DNA of 62,957 bases, filler included, from Choristocarpus tenellus KU-1152 (GCA_964200185.2; 9 parts of 9 records of this genome joined end to end with filler, not necessarily neighbours in it), one strand, 5' to 3'. Positions 36,496-50,746 are shown, counted from the whole stretch's first letter. The notes: generated by a model from the sequence alone, not told the origin. A program made the numbers and translations.

Positions 36496-39400
36496 TTTAC
36501 TTCTAGGTTGAGTGTAATTGCCTTACCTCCCAACAACAAGATTGAAGCCACTAACAAGGCCAGGCTAACTCTAACCGCCTAATTATTGTTATTCTGGACT
36601 ATGTAAATCTATAAAGGCAATGTCACTTCTAGAATGGGGATACTACAAACGGTCAATGCCCAAGGGAAGTCGGAGGTGGGCAGCCCATGGGAGAGTTTCT
36701 ACTGGGGTGGCATGATTTTCGACGTAGCATGTGTCTGGAGAACCATTTGGAACAAGTTAGAAGTTCTCCCAAATTCTACTCGTGTGGATATAATCTTCTA
36801 AATATCTTTGAAGGGAGGAATAAGCATGTGGGATGGCGACTATAGGATTCCTTGTGAGAATTGGGTCAAATGAAACTTCAACTCCCACTATCAGTCCACT
36901 AAAACACTGTGGGGAGGAGGGAGTAAACGGTCACTGATAGGCATCAATACAACTAATCTCTTCTCGAGGAGTGTGTACGGCATAATTCATGCCGTGTATT
37001 CATGTACTTCACTTTGATTTACAGTATTGTGTTACCTTCCCACAATACTCTACATGCAGGCGTAGGGCTAATAGATCATTTCACCAAATTATATCAAAAA
37101 GTAGGCAAACTTACCCCAAATTATCCACAATAATTCGGGATCAAATCAGAAGGGTGATGCCACAACCACAGCGCACCACTTCAATCTCCTAAAGCACAAC
37201 AAACATGCCCTTGAAACATATAATACACTTGAGGGATATATCATTATATTAAAATGCATAATTTGCAGAAGCAAATACAGCACTCACACACCCAACATAT
37301 GCTTCGAACAAGATACATATATGCTCTAGACATGAAATGACCACAACATGTAATTACTTCACCAGAGTTTGGCCACACAAATATTTTATGCAATGTCACT
37401 CCTACAAAAACACACTCTAAAAAAACCTTGAGCAGTACTACCATAGTTGTAAGTACTAGTACCATTTCAAATACTGCTCCAGACACAACGAAAATACAAA
37501 CTCATAGGAGTTGGGCTCCAACGGAGACCCCATAACTTTGTGGCGATGCCTTTTCAACAGAAACCTTACGGCAGTTTTCCTCGTCACACCAAACTGGGCC
37601 CAGCCCATCTGGGTCTTACATATATTTAGATCAAGCCAAAGCATATCAGAGTGTTTGCACAAAATCTTGTGTGTTCCAAATCGAAGTATACCTGAATAAG
37701 TTGGAAACATCATTGAAAGTGCAAGTATTTTCAACCATGGTACTGATTTCTCCATACACACACAAGAAATTCAAACAAGGGTTACAAGAAAACACCTTCC
37801 TATTGGAAAACAATCCCAATAGGATGTAAATCACGAAATATCGAGGGCAGGACAGGAGAGTCCAGCAGCCAGGAACAGGGTGGGGTTGCAATATGACCAA
37901 AACCTGTTTTTAAGCAGGCATGGACATGCATCTTTGCATGCACATTAGTATGCATTCGTTGAAGATCACAACTATATCAAATATTGATATTTGTGACATG
38001 AACAATTCGAAAAACAGCTTTTTGTTGGTATAGTGCACATACAATAATTGGCGAAGATGGTATAGCAGTAGGTTTACATAGGCAGAACGAAAGGAAGCTG
38101 TAGTCCTTATCATTATCACAAAAAATAATTTGATCACACATCAGTCCCTCCTCAGTACAAAAGAAACTACTACAGAATGGATTTCAGTCTGAAAACTCCC
38201 ATTACACTTGCTATGATACACAGAAGATATCCACAACATCAAAACTGACAATACTATTGATAACAGAACTCCACAACCAACAGCAGAGTGTTCTTAAATT
38301 TTCAAAAAGGGCACACAGTGATTAACTTCAAACTTCACAAAATACACAATGCAATAACAAAAAACATCAACTGCGCATCCCCCGTCAGCATGAGCAACCT
38401 GGAGATCTCAATTAGTCACAAATGCAAAGTCATTTGAAGAACTAAACTTCACAGCTCAAAGGAAATATAAATTTCAACCTTCTTTAACCAGTTTCCACGC
38501 AGCATACAGGACAAATGCAACAATTTAATGCACAATTATCCTCACCAAGTCTAAGAAATCCCTGCCAGATGCAGTAGATGTTTATCTCGTAAAGGAACAG
38601 CTCAATGGGAGATTCTGAGTAGCAAACCTAGGTCAAGAATTCCTTTTTAGCACCAAAGTGTCAAGGTATGGGGAAGTGCTTTACTTAAAAACGAGTCCAG
38701 AAAAGCCTACACGTAATAATTAATAGGTATACATACTGCTGCACTCAAGAATGCCAAAAGGTGCTTAAAATACTTCAAACTTTGAGCAACTGATGAGACA
38801 CAGATTTATAGCAGGCACTGTACGTCCCTCACAAGCCAAATGAACGATAGCAACGGAGTGGGTGTGGCCCTGCACATGCACATGCACGAGTGTGTACCTA
38901 ACCTGTGCAATGTTAAACTTGCTTTCCTTCCTTGGAGTCTACTCCCTCGCTGTACATAAATGCAATAAACCTGCCAGGCATACATGAGCATGACTAGGAT
39001 GTTGGCAGTGAATGGCCCAGTTGGAAAGAAAAGATGGATGATGCACAAAGTGGGAGTCAAAGACAGTTTGCACTGTAATGCCATTACAGTTTGCAAAAAG
39101 AGTTACAGAGTTACATGCTACATTTGCATACTCAACTATGTAGAGCAGAAGAAAGTAGGGCCCCAGAGCATGACAACGTCCTGATTTCACAAGAAAATTT
39201 TTCTGACACAATACGAGGGAGTCACAATGGGTTGGTATAATGTTATATTGTGTATCACCATTAATAAGAATAGCTCAATATTAACACCCTCTGGTACGTC
39301 CACGGTCAACCTACATTTATATAGATACAATTATGCATCCCTGGCATGGAAGATAATGGCAGCCTCTAGTGGAGGGGAAGCAACTATTCCAATGTCACAA

Positions 39401-39771
39401 TGAGAGAACCTGCTAGTGTTGGATACTGGGTGTTTTCTCATGCAACAGATGGTGGGGTTTGCCTCTCGTAATCACTCCAACGGCAGCAAGAAGTTAAAAA
39501 GAACAAAACATTATGACAAAAGATCAACTACTGCAATGAAGTAAGACATTAAAGTACACAGATATAGGTGTCCCTTCTCCCCTCTTCCCCCCCTCAACAT
39601 GTCACTCTATACACAAGGTACCAGCACACAATAATGATAGGGTATCATCTTGTATACTATTCCATTTACAAGGATGCCAAACCCCAAGTTTAATTCACAA
39701 ATAAATCCATTAGGGGTAAGGCTCTGCTACACAATTGCATGAATGCATTTGTGTGTGTGTTTGTGTATGTG

Positions 39772-40889
39772 CTATACAAATCTAGGTGGCGCACATAGGA
39801 AGTGCTGCAGGGGGTACAATGGGGCACTAGGAAGCAGTGGAGTCAGAGATGGGGGCAACTTAAATAGAGGTTATGGTTGTGACGTACTCACTCTTCAGTG
39901 CTGACAACACCATCATGGTTCTTGTCAGCCTCTTTCACCAGCAAAGCAATCTCTTCATCTGACAGTGTGTCACCCAGACCTCGCATGGTCTGTGCCAACT
40001 CTTCTGGCGTGATCTACCAATTAAAGAGAGAGGAATGTGTATGGGTTAAGGTACGTGGGAAGACAGGTTATACCACCTGGCCGTCAATTCAACCCAGTGG
40101 ATGAGTGTCCCTAGTGCATGTAAACTTGAAAATGAAACGATGCTTGATGCTCCTGAAGTCACTGCTCTTATTGATGCTGGTTCCAGAAATCACCAAGAGG
40201 ATTTCATTGTAAGGGAAGATGGGGGCAGCAATTACACACTATCTGCACACTCCCTATTATATCTAACCACAACAAGGTTTCCAAATCCCACCCTTGTTTT
40301 TCCTGACTGAGAGAGGAAAACCAAACACCTGAGACTGACAAACTTGAAGATACAAAAATTTCACTATGCCATGGAATCATGCAGGGTCACAGCATACCTC
40401 TCCATCACCGTTCTTGTCAAAGAAATTAAACGCCTCCTTGATCTCCATCTCACGATCAGTTTCGACATCCCCCGCTAACATCATGTTGACAAACTCGTCG
40501 AAGGTGAGCACACCGTCTTTATTTTCGTCAACCTTCAAAGTAATAGTACAATCAACAGATGAGACCGAAATTCAAAAGGCGAACTTTATACTAGACAAGA
40601 GATAGGCAACCTTGAGCATAGAGGGTTAGAGAATGCTTTTTGGTGAACATTTCATGCGATTGCATGTACCAATGGTCTACAAGTTTGGGCGCACTACTGT
40701 AGGCCTGTTCTCCGCCGTATGGTTCACCTTGCTGATCATTTCTTCTAGCTGCCTACTAGTGGGAGAGTACCCCAGAGAGCGCAACACCACTCGTAGCTCA
40801 TTTTGGTCAATTGTCCCATCACCATTTTTGTCGAAAATATTGAACGACTCCTGATACTCCTCCCTTTCCTCTTCTGTGAGGTTCCGCAT
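39772..40889 (-). CDS. Calmodulin-like protein with four EF-hands
   Basis: Exons 40728-40889 (MRNLTEEEREEYQESFNIFDKNGDGTIDQNEL...), 40398-40532 (VDENKDGVLTFDEF...FDKNGDGE) and 39892-40013 (ITPEEL...ADKNHDGVVSTEE) splice in frame at GT-AG sites. The last micro-exon, 39772-39781 (EFV-stop), is tentative. Confidence 0.92.
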
Positions 40890-41328
40890 GGTAGTGTTCC
40901 TGTGTTTATATCTTCACTCATATTAGACACGAAAGGTAACCTCAGTTTCCAAGTGTTTGTCAATGTTCGCCACGTGTGTCATGATAATATAACAAGATTG
41001 GCTCAACAAGCGCAAAGGAAAAATCAACCATTCCATTAAGATTCAATAACTTTCATCGGCGATAACTATGGATGTGAATTGTGGAACCTCCAACTTACCA
41101 ACCACGTCGATGAGATGGATGGGTTGTCAGGACTCCAGACCTCTTCGAGGGTTGGTTGGGATCTGAGCGTGTTTCGGGAATGTTCGAGAAATGAGGTAAG
41201 TTGATGTTGTGTGGAGTGAGTGTATTACTTCAAAGGCGTGTGTGTCGGCACTAAGTCTCGTTATCTATTTTGGAATGGTTTGTGTTGGTTAATGTGATGA
41301 AAACTGGATGATCATTGGGTCTGATCAC
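40890..41328. promoter_or_regulatory. Probable bidirectional promoter region
   Basis: 439 bp separate two divergent ATGs, with no recognisable transposon inside. Confidence 0.55.
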
Positions 41329-44300
41329 ATGGCGTCCAATCCTCCACCCGTGCCGGTGATCGACATCACCCCGCTCATGGATTCAAAAAGGTGTGACTTA
41401 TTGTCGATATCTCCGAGTAACGATCCAGTGAAAAATGACTTCGGTCATCATCGGCATGTCCGCATCGCCCACTTTGGTCTTTGACTCTTGCATAACAACT
41501 CGTGGGATGAAGGTCGCCAGCAAATGAACACGCGGTGGCGCAACAAGTATGTAACGCCTTGGCCTCAGGTGGTATTTTTTTTGCCAAGGGTCATGGAATA
41601 AAGGATGCGACGCGCCAGCGGGCCTTCGATGATGCTAAGTGAGACATGGATTCGGTGTAGGCAGTATGATCGCAATCCCGCTAAACCAATGCTTTGCATG
41701 CCTGGTGTTGGTCTCCTAGAATCTCGCTCATCAAATCTCACCCAGCCTATGTATATCCTCTGTGATTGCAGATAATGATGGAGGTAATTGGCAACATCAG
41801 TCCAACAATGATACAACAATGGGTGTCAAACTCGTCACTCAACTTCAACGTATCCCACTCTCGATCTGTACACATTCCTTCCATTACAATATAGGGTCCA
41901 CCACCTATTTTATACTGTCCAACGCAGGAACAGTACCCAAGAATCGAAATGATATTGTCGAAACAGACGAGACTTGTGTGTATATTTTTATTTTCATCTC
42001 CCGCCTCGCCCACATCAATCCTAGGTTGCATGTGTGGAGTACCCATTTTCTACGTTTTAGTTTGAGTTCAATATTGTTGCAGCACTTGCACCCATTTAGA
42101 TTGATGAGGATCCTCATGCGGAATTGTAGGTCTATAAACCAGTTGTTGGTTATTGCAAGGTATCTCGATATTGCCCGGTCCTTACGTGGGGTTAGTATTT
42201 TATGCCTTGTCTGGGGTCTCAAGTGACATGAAGTTATTGATGAAGAAAAATGTGATAATAATATTTCAGCTACACACCTGGACAATCGAGACACTTTCTA
42301 TATAAATAGTATCTCTGATGAGGATGACACCAATGTGTTCCAATCGACTCAGAAACTTCTTCTCACTCGGGAAGGAGGAGAAGTGTTTGATACCAGCAAA
42401 GAAGGGTGGTTTTACTCGAGGGTACATTGGTTTTGGTGGAGAAAGTGGCTCAAACCGCTTGGAGTGCAAGGAGGCGTTCAGCTATGGGTAAGTCTGATGA
42501 TTTGACCTTGCGGGAGAGAAAGATGGGAACTCGTACATTTCCTCAATCCTGAGAAGAGTCAGTGTCACGACCTTGTTTCTCAGGGTATTGTGTGCATCGG
42601 TGTTATTTTGCATTATCAGGTTTTTTTGGTCTCATATCTTCTGTATGTTGTGTAACCTCTGTCAATACACCACTTTGATGCCAAAAAAAACAAAAGTGCC
42701 TATTTTGTGCATCCAAAATGTCAACTTACCTTTGTTGGCAGGTACCCATGGCCAGAGGAACAGCCTCCAGAAAACGCCTTACAGGTGAGGTGAAATAACA
42801 ACTCCAGAAAATTATTCTACGATAATCATACACTGTACTACAGAGAGTATTACTGAACTATAGTAGGAGTTGTTCACACCTGACATACTTTTTACATTCC
42901 ACTCAAAAGGCTTGTAATAGCAGGTTGAGATTTTTGTCAAATTTTAAAATGGTATTTTGTTGCATTGAAGGGATCTATCTAACCAGTTGAATGATGTGTT
43001 CTATTCTGGTTCCAGAAGTCGAAAGTGTGCCCCCTATGATCCCATCTCAGGTTTAGCTCAAACTCTTGCACCTATTTTTTCAAAATATTATAATGCTTCA
43101 TGATGTCGCAGCCCATTGCTGCCCAGTACTACAACAGAAGATGCATGCTCACATGCATCATTAGATCATCTCAAAGTATTGGTACTCATATGTATTGCAC
43201 ACGCCGTCCTCATGCACACCTTACTAGTCCATTATTGCCTGCCTGCCTGTCCATGGGTTGGCATGCACTGTTGATGAATGAATTTGTTTTCACGTTTCTG
43301 TAATGTAATGCGTTGTAATAGGGCCCCAATATCTGGCCAGCCCAGGACATTCAAGAAGATGGCTGGTGTCAGCGGATGATCGAACTGTTCAGGTGGGCCG
43401 ATATGATGCATTGAGTGGTTAGCTCAGAGTTCAAAATGACTTTGATGGTAAGGTCTTCTCCTTGCCCTGCTGTGCATGACTGCAAGTCATCCCATGCCCT
43501 TGTAAGAGACAGGCAAAGGGAGTAGTTTTTTTCATTTCATGATTTACTGGACACAGGTATTATACTTACATTAGTAGCATCTCTAAATGTGTCCGATAGG
43601 TAGCGGTTGTATGTACACCTCAAGAGCAATTCTCTTTCACAAGCCAGAAACGATCTCCTCTGGTCAAGGAAATGGGGATGACACACGCCCTTCATAGTAT
43701 GCTTTTGAAGTACTGTAATTATGATGACATTTTCAAAGCCCTGTCAATCATTTTAAACCAGCACCACGAGAACAAAGAGGTTGAACAAAGAGGTATTGGT
43801 CCCTGTGTGGGTATGTATGATCTCTAACTCATGATGTATTGTTTACGTACTTCATTGTTACAGGCTCATGGTACGTGTCTGCGAATCAGTCAGCAGAGGA
43901 GTGTCCCTCGGGTTGGGTCTTGAAGATGAGGAGCTTCGCACCCTGTGCACTGGTGGAGACACCATTAGCCTGATGCGACTATTCCACTACTTCCCGTACC
44001 AAAATCACAACCTTGAGGTCGCTACTGTCAGTAGCAATACTGACACCCCATCCAATACATCCAGTAGCACTTTCATGGAGACCTTGCTAGATGACCGGGG
44101 CAAAGGAGGACCTGGTGGAGGGAGCCTAAACAGCAGTGAGAGCAGAGCAGAGGTGGATGAAATTGAGTGATTCCTTTCTATAGTTTGTCAAGACCATCTC
44201 CATTTTCTTTTCTGTTATCTCTCTTTTCCTGTCTCCCTTTTTCCTGGTGGGTGTCTTCTGCCCTTCTTTTAACCACTGCGTCATGTTGGATATCCCAGTG

Positions 44301-47005
44301 TGTATATATGTATGTATTTGAATGAAAACAACAATGGTGAGTGGTTTGATATATTTCTCTCTCTATCTCTCTCCGGGACATCAAGTTGAGGTTGTAGATG
44401 TTTGTTAGGATGACTTGCTACAGAATTTCCATGTGCCCGGGTGGTTCTTCTAAGATTTCACTAGTCCCACCAAAGTTGTTACAGGAGCAAGGTGGAAATT
44501 GTACACCTCTTTGATCCTATCTCCACTGAGCTGCTTTTTTTTTTCTACATACCAATCAACAATATAATGATGGTTGCCCAACCGCAAAAAGCTGGAAAAA
44601 ATCAGCTCAAGCCCTCACACGGACTGGGGATTCTTGACTTGTATCCTACAAGATGATGTCGGCGGCCTACAGTATAAGCACCAAGGCATTGACAGGTGAC
44701 TTGTCTTGGGAGGTGTTTGGCTCTGCTTTGTGCTAGACATACCACATACATCCTTCACCTGTGCGTTTTTTTCAAAAAGTGCTTGTTGCTTTGTGAGATC
44801 TCTGGTCAATAGGGCAAGTGAGAGCAAGCAGTTTTGTGCACAGTGCTCTGAAGTGTGGATCTGAATGGCATGTGTGAAAAGTCCTTGTTATCCTCACTGG
44901 CACTATTTTTGTATAGGTGGCTGGATGTGCCCTGTGTGGAAGATGCATTGGTGGTGAACTGTGGGGATTACCTATCTCTCTTCAGCGGAGGAAAGCTAAG
45001 GTGGTTGTTACAATTACTATCAGATTTTATAGCATTGAGGAGGAGAGGACAAGGCACAAATGTGTCGTGTACAGAAATGGAATGGTCTGAATCATACATC
45101 AATCCAATATATTATATATATATATAACCCTAACCCTAATCCAATATAGTATGTGTTCAACTCAAATGTGAAGGTGGAAAATGTCGACCAAGGGTCTCTC
45201 AGGCAGGGATATGCTGTACACCCTGCCCACTTTCCCATCGAACAATTATCAATAGCAAGCACAACACAGGAGTCAAAGTATCTTAGAGGGTGGAGCTGCG
45301 TCCTTTTGGTGGCCAAAATCCAATGTTGNNNNNNNNNNAATTTTGGCTGTGGTATTTGTTAGGAAGTGTTAGTATCCTTGTTCCAGACACACATTTTCAT
45401 AGCGTACACATTTTACCCCCACTGAAACATTTTGGAGTAGGAAAATTTCATTAGAAAAACCCGTGTGAACCCAAGCCACAAACAAACCGGGCAAGACTCG
45501 TACCCTTTAAGATACTTTCACTCACAGAAAACATTATTTTGCCAATAATTTTCAAGGGTGCTTTTGAAGTATGATAATTAAGTGTGCCTCGTCTCCTTTT
45601 GTTTGCTCTGTCACTCTAATGTCACAACCAATCTGTTTTCGGGAATAGTACGTGATTCAGCAGACTCCAAGATGTTCAGGAGATCTCAACTGCAATAAAG
45701 TTTGTGGTTGTCAAGGACCAAGACCTTCCTGAGCACCAATATTCCACTAGTTTCCTTTTTTTTTTGTACAATGTGGAAGCTGTCGCTTGATTCTGTGCCT
45801 TCCTTTCCTCTTTGCCTGCATGTGTGTGAATGTGTGTATGCCGTCATGCTCAACCAGGTCCCCTGTGCATCAGGTTGTAACTAAGGGGTTAGAACGCACC
45901 TCGTTTGTGTTCTTCTACTACCCAAGCTTTGACGCAACATTACCTGTCAACAAAGGTGCACGACCGTACTACTATTGAACCTCAAACCATTTGTTTAAAT
46001 CCTTTGAACCTTTTTTTTCACTTCTGTGATTATTTTTCTGTACACCTTACTTTGAAAGGTATAGTCACAACATTTTTGAAGTGGGAAGATGTTTCTCATT
46101 CCTGCTGAAAGCAGAATTTTCCGCCTTCCCCCTCAAGTGCACAAGGAATGCTGATAGTAACAAGATGTTTCATTTTCGCTCGTGCCTTGATTTGAATAGT
46201 GAATAGTTTGTGGCATATGGCTTGAGCACATGCCCTCCTTTAACCCCTCAATTCCTTGTTTTGTTAACACATCGTATGTTTGTCGTGCTACAGATAGATA
46301 CACGACATTAGACCAGTATCTCCCTGGGCTTGTGTGTGACCCCTCACACCTCAACAAAATACAGTATGCTTTTAATAGACATTTACAATGTGTTGCGTGG
46401 TACAAAAATTTGACTTGCATAAATTTATGTTACTTAAAGAAATTGTGTTGGTAATAGAACCGGTTTCTTATTTGGCTCTTGCCCTCCTCCACTAGAACAT
46501 AAAGGCCCCATAACCCATGATATTCAGTTGAACTAGACAGTTGTGCAACTACTATCCCAGAATGAATCTAGCTGTAGGAAGGTCTGGACTATCACCACAT
46601 GCTGACCTCTCATGTCCCATCCATACTGTGTCATCATCAGTATTATGGCCTAACTTTAACATTTCTATATACTGGAGTAGTTGAATTACGCATTGGTGTA
46701 ACCAGCATTAAGGACAGACCCTTTTGGTGTAGATTTGATTTGCACTGATGAATGCACAATTCTTAAGTCCCCCCCCCTAAGCCTTCTGTGTTTTACTGAT
46801 TGCTTTGCCCACTGTGCTCGCAGAGTCACATAGTAGTCGCACAGTCCAAGACTCCAAGATGGACAATGCATCAACGGAAGTCGAGACATGCCGTCTTCCG
46901 ACAGAGTACAACACATTGCTCGACTTGAGTGATAGAGTGGACTTAACCCAGATATCCTTTGGGGAGTATCTGGCAATGAAGTGGGGGGGGGTGTTTCGCG
47001 AATAG
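41329..47005 (+). CDS. 2-oxoglutarate/Fe(II)-dependent dioxygenase (isopenicillin N synthase-like fold), multi-exon
   Basis: MASNPPPVPVIDITPL; RNFFSLGKEEK...RGYIGFGGESG..ECKEAFSYG; GPNIWP; LMRLFHYFP; PHTDWGFLTCILQDDVGGLQ (HxD); LVVNCGDYL; SPVHQV...RTSFVFFYYP (distal His and RxS); terminal exon ...SFGEYLAMKWGGVFRE-stop. Exons between 41390 and 42350 are uncertain. Confidence 0.93.
45270..45523 (+). mobile_element. MITE family A in an intron of the dioxygenase gene
   Basis: Full TIRs, with ACAG on both flanks. Confidence 0.93.
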
Positions 47006-47406
47006 AAGATTTTATCTGTGATGTACATGGATGGTTCGTGTGTGTGTGTCTATATATATATATATATTTCTTTTCCAAGATGATCAGAAGTCACCAACGT
47101 AAGTGTACATGTCACAAGACTCTTACAACTTTTTTTTTCGTGCTCACAATTTTTAACTGCTGTCGCATCAACTTGTGCAATGCAAATGGATTGCTGCATC
47201 CATTCAGTTTGTATAGCGAGGTTGATAGAGAGGCACAGGATTATGCTATTTGTTGGGTAGAGCGAGGATTGAGTGGAGACTACATGGCAAAATGCTGGAG
47301 GCCGACAGTGAGTGAAGTTGTTGATGTTTCAAGTCCTCAAGGGATTTCAACATTGCCAAAGCGCAAAAGTGCGTATATGACATTCAAATACAATGTATTC
47401 AGAACT

Positions 47407-47670
47407 GAGAACTAAACCAATTGAGATGTAGATATATATGAACCCTTTTACTTTCTAAGTGTTTTTTCTTACCCTGTGCAATACACTTTATTTCACTACT
47501 TCATATGCACAAACAGTGTACGCAAAATTGGTATTTCCCCTTTTTAAACACAAAGTGACGCCTCAGCTCAGCAAAGGTTCTTCCTGTAATTGTGTGAAAT
47601 GTTGTCTTTTTTTGCCTTTTATTGGAATCCTTAAAATACAACCCTACCTACCTCTCAGTTGGTTTGACTC
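47407..47670. mobile_element. MITE family D (single copy here)
   Basis: Imperfect TIR: AAACCAATTGAGATGTAG ... CTACCTCTCAGTTGGTTTGACTC. Confidence 0.6.
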
Positions 47671-49493
47671 TTGAGCCTTGCTTCAATTCAACCACATTCA
47701 CTTGCATACTCTACTTTCAAGAAGTCAATCACCTTGTTATAGCTCTATTTACTACTCCAGAGTTAGGTTGGTTCCAATTCTTTTAGTTCAGCATAGGAGT
47801 ATGATTCGTATTTCACTGGGCTCTCTTCCTCCAACCCCAAATTGCATATGCTTCAAGCAACTTGGTATTTTACAGTGAGAACATGTCGCAAGCTTGTAGG
47901 ATACTGTAGCCCAGTACGAAAGATGTTCTGCTGGACCAAGTATTGAAAGTAGTAATTGAGTGAAGGTGAGGTTTGGTGCTGTAACTGCTTGCGTCAATGT
48001 TTCCCAAAAACATTTCACATGAGTTCCCTGTATGAATTTCAACCCTTGTATGGCAGACCCCATGGCACAGACCAATGTCTGACGTAAGTTAGGGAACAGA
48101 AGAAACTCAAAGAATTCGCTCCATGAGAGGTGGTTCTGTCACAGATCCACCTATTGTCTTGCCGCACTTATTGATCTTCAATAGTATTGATAGCATAATA
48201 CACCCTTAATCTTCCTTTATTGCATGAAATATATCATACCTCGGAAGATGTAATGCTTGTGAATACAATGTTAGACGTTTTTGAGTTTCACGTAACTAGG
48301 TGTTGTTGTGATAATGGACATTTTACACATGGCCCCGAATGCTCCTTTGTCCTGTCTCGGAGACCTATGTTACACAAACCCAATTTTCTCCATCATTTGC
48401 CAAACGACAGACGTTAGAGGGTAATTGGTTTTGAGTGCTGTCCTTGACATGGATGTTAGACATCTGATGGTTTATATGCTCCCTACAAGAAAAAGATCAT
48501 TCGCTTGTGCTGAGACCACGCGTGTCAGTCACTATTAACCTAAAATTGCCAGTTTGGGGCTAAGGATCACGGTATGAGGTTAATTTGATGCCTCGAAGTA
48601 GTCAGAAATTGGTGGTTGGATGGCGGTCGTTGCTGGACTTTGCTTGAGTGTGTAGCATTGACACCCTCTACTTGCCAAGCAAACCTACTTCCCTCCATTT
48701 CATGAGGTCCACTAGGGTTTGTATGAATGTATTCAGTCATTCGGGGCTTTTATTTCCCTGTGTGATACGTGTTTGGTTGTAATTGCAAAGATACTTCCAT
48801 TGGGACCAATTCCGAATCTGTCCAAGTTGAACCTGAAACTTGATTGCGGGACAAGCAACCTGTAGGTAATGGAGTGTTGTACTGCTTAGGTTGAATTGCG
48901 CCTCAGAATATGTTAAAGGATGAGCAAGACAGGGAGTTTTTTTTATCATGCCTAACACTAGCAGATAGGAGCCAAACCGATTGAGAAGTAAACAGGTTTA
49001 GACTCTTTTGCATTCTAACCTGTATCTGTTACCCCATGCAATGCACTCTATTTCATTGCTTATGTGAACAAAAGATACCCAATATCAGCATCACTATCCT
49101 TCTGGAAAATAATATTGCATAGTACCTTCATTACGCAGAAAAATCCCATTAGAACTGTGCAATGTTCTTGTTGTGTCGCTCTAAATGGATAGACTTTCTG
49201 GGAGGGGCTGGACCCTTCAGGGGTTGCACACCAAATAGAGGAGAGGTTGGAGCGTGGTGTGACTCCTTGCGTCTTTGTACAAGAGGGAGTCTGTTATTAT
49301 GTTGAAGTCAAAGTGCGATATTAATATATTACCTACATACAAACTATACTACTCGAAGTATCAGTATAGTAGTGGGACTTCAAAGCGTCGTTAGTGAAAG
49401 AGTCGCTTGTTCTAGTTTTCTTCTAATTTCTTGTATATACGCTACCACAACTTATTCTGGATAGTGTTAATGAGAGTCCTCTGATGTTGAGTT

Positions 49494-49744
49494 GAGACAA
49501 AGTTAACGAGAGGTACTCAGAGTTGCATTTCAAGAGTGCTGACAAATATGTACAAATTTCGACTTTTTCTTTTTTTTAACAAATGCATATAGGATATTTT
49601 CTGAAATGTGTCGAAAAGTTCGAACAGCAAAAAAATCAACCCTCTCAAGTCAAACTTAGAACTGCATCCACAGAATTTTTGGTGAAATGCAGAAGAGACT
49701 TTTGATTAGAAACTGCCAAAACCTACCTCTCGCTTACTTTGGCT
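49494..49744 (-). mobile_element. MITE family C, inverted
   Basis: GAGACAAAGTTAACGAGAGGTAC...TACCTCTCGCTTACTTTGGCT, with internal homology to 36241-36495. Confidence 0.75.
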
Positions 49745-50415
49745 TGTATTGAATGCATATTGTTTCTTGTTCTCCACACTCTAGTATTGTACATGTATTT
49801 TTTGGTATTGCCTTTTTTTTCCGTTCCTGTTTCCCTTTATTTTATTTCCTACATCACAATGTCTAACATGTCCAGTAGTGTACAAAATAACAAAATATTA
49901 GGACTCAAGCACATCTTAAACAAAAGCCGAAAATAAGAATCAGAGCTGATCCAACAAAAGACAAGAACTACGTGCTTTTACACAGTATGTGAAAGAGGGA
50001 TGAAAGGATAACTGCTACTACTACTGTTGTATAGATAGGTGGTGGGGAGGTTTTTCCATACTTTTCAGGTTTCCTATTATTTTGGGGAGAATCGTGCGCA
50101 AGCACAAGGTTGAGTCTACATATGAGGGGGAATGGCAGTACTGGTAATGAGGTGAAGTAGGATGGAAACGTGTAGGTTTTGTAGAGATGGTCCAATTGAG
50201 GTAGTGTTCTTAGTGAGTTTTCTCTTTCAGGATTTACTATGAGTATCTGAGAGTGAACGGGAATATCTACACACGAGAAAGAGAGCTGGAATAGGTAACA
50301 CACAGGCACAGACAAATGGACGGACACGATTTTTTTGGTTTTGCGCAGTATGTACATGCGAGGGACTCCGAACAAAAAAATATGCTCATGACTGACTTCA
50401 CTTGACTACATACAT

Positions 50416-50746
50416 ATGTGAGAGGGCATAATATTACATATTATATTTGTTTGGAGTTTGTAATTTGAGGTCCACCAAGCCATTTTTTTGACATTTCAAG
50501 GTGCACAGAAAAATTGAACTCAGAAATAGTATGAAAAAATATGTTTTTCAAAAAGATCGTTTTTGGTCCAAGATTGAAGATTGGAATAGTTAACCTTTTC
50601 CTTTTCTCTTCACAAAAAGTACCACCTTGTTTGGTCTAAATTGCAATCAAGAGATAGACATTCTAGAATTTCCATTTTGTTGGAGTTGCCATTTTTGGTG
50701 TTTAAAAAGGTGGACCTCATATTTGTATTATTATGCCATCTGACAT
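50416..50746. mobile_element. MITE-like element with unrelated inverted repeats (family E)
   Basis: ATGTGAGAGGGCATAATATTACA...TGAGGTCCACC pairs with GGTGGACCTCA...TGTATTATTATGCCATCTGACAT. Confidence 0.6.

Noticed and set aside
32000-39400. An additional multi-exon host gene downstream of the calmodulin-like gene
   Set aside because: Some AG/GT-bounded stretches exist (for example ~36050-36095, ~37505-37610 and ~38825-38870), but I could not join them into a recognisable protein.
41762-42294. 154-aa and 129-aa ORFs as independent genes
   Set aside because: They lie inside the dioxygenase gene and look like intron/exon read-through with no motifs.
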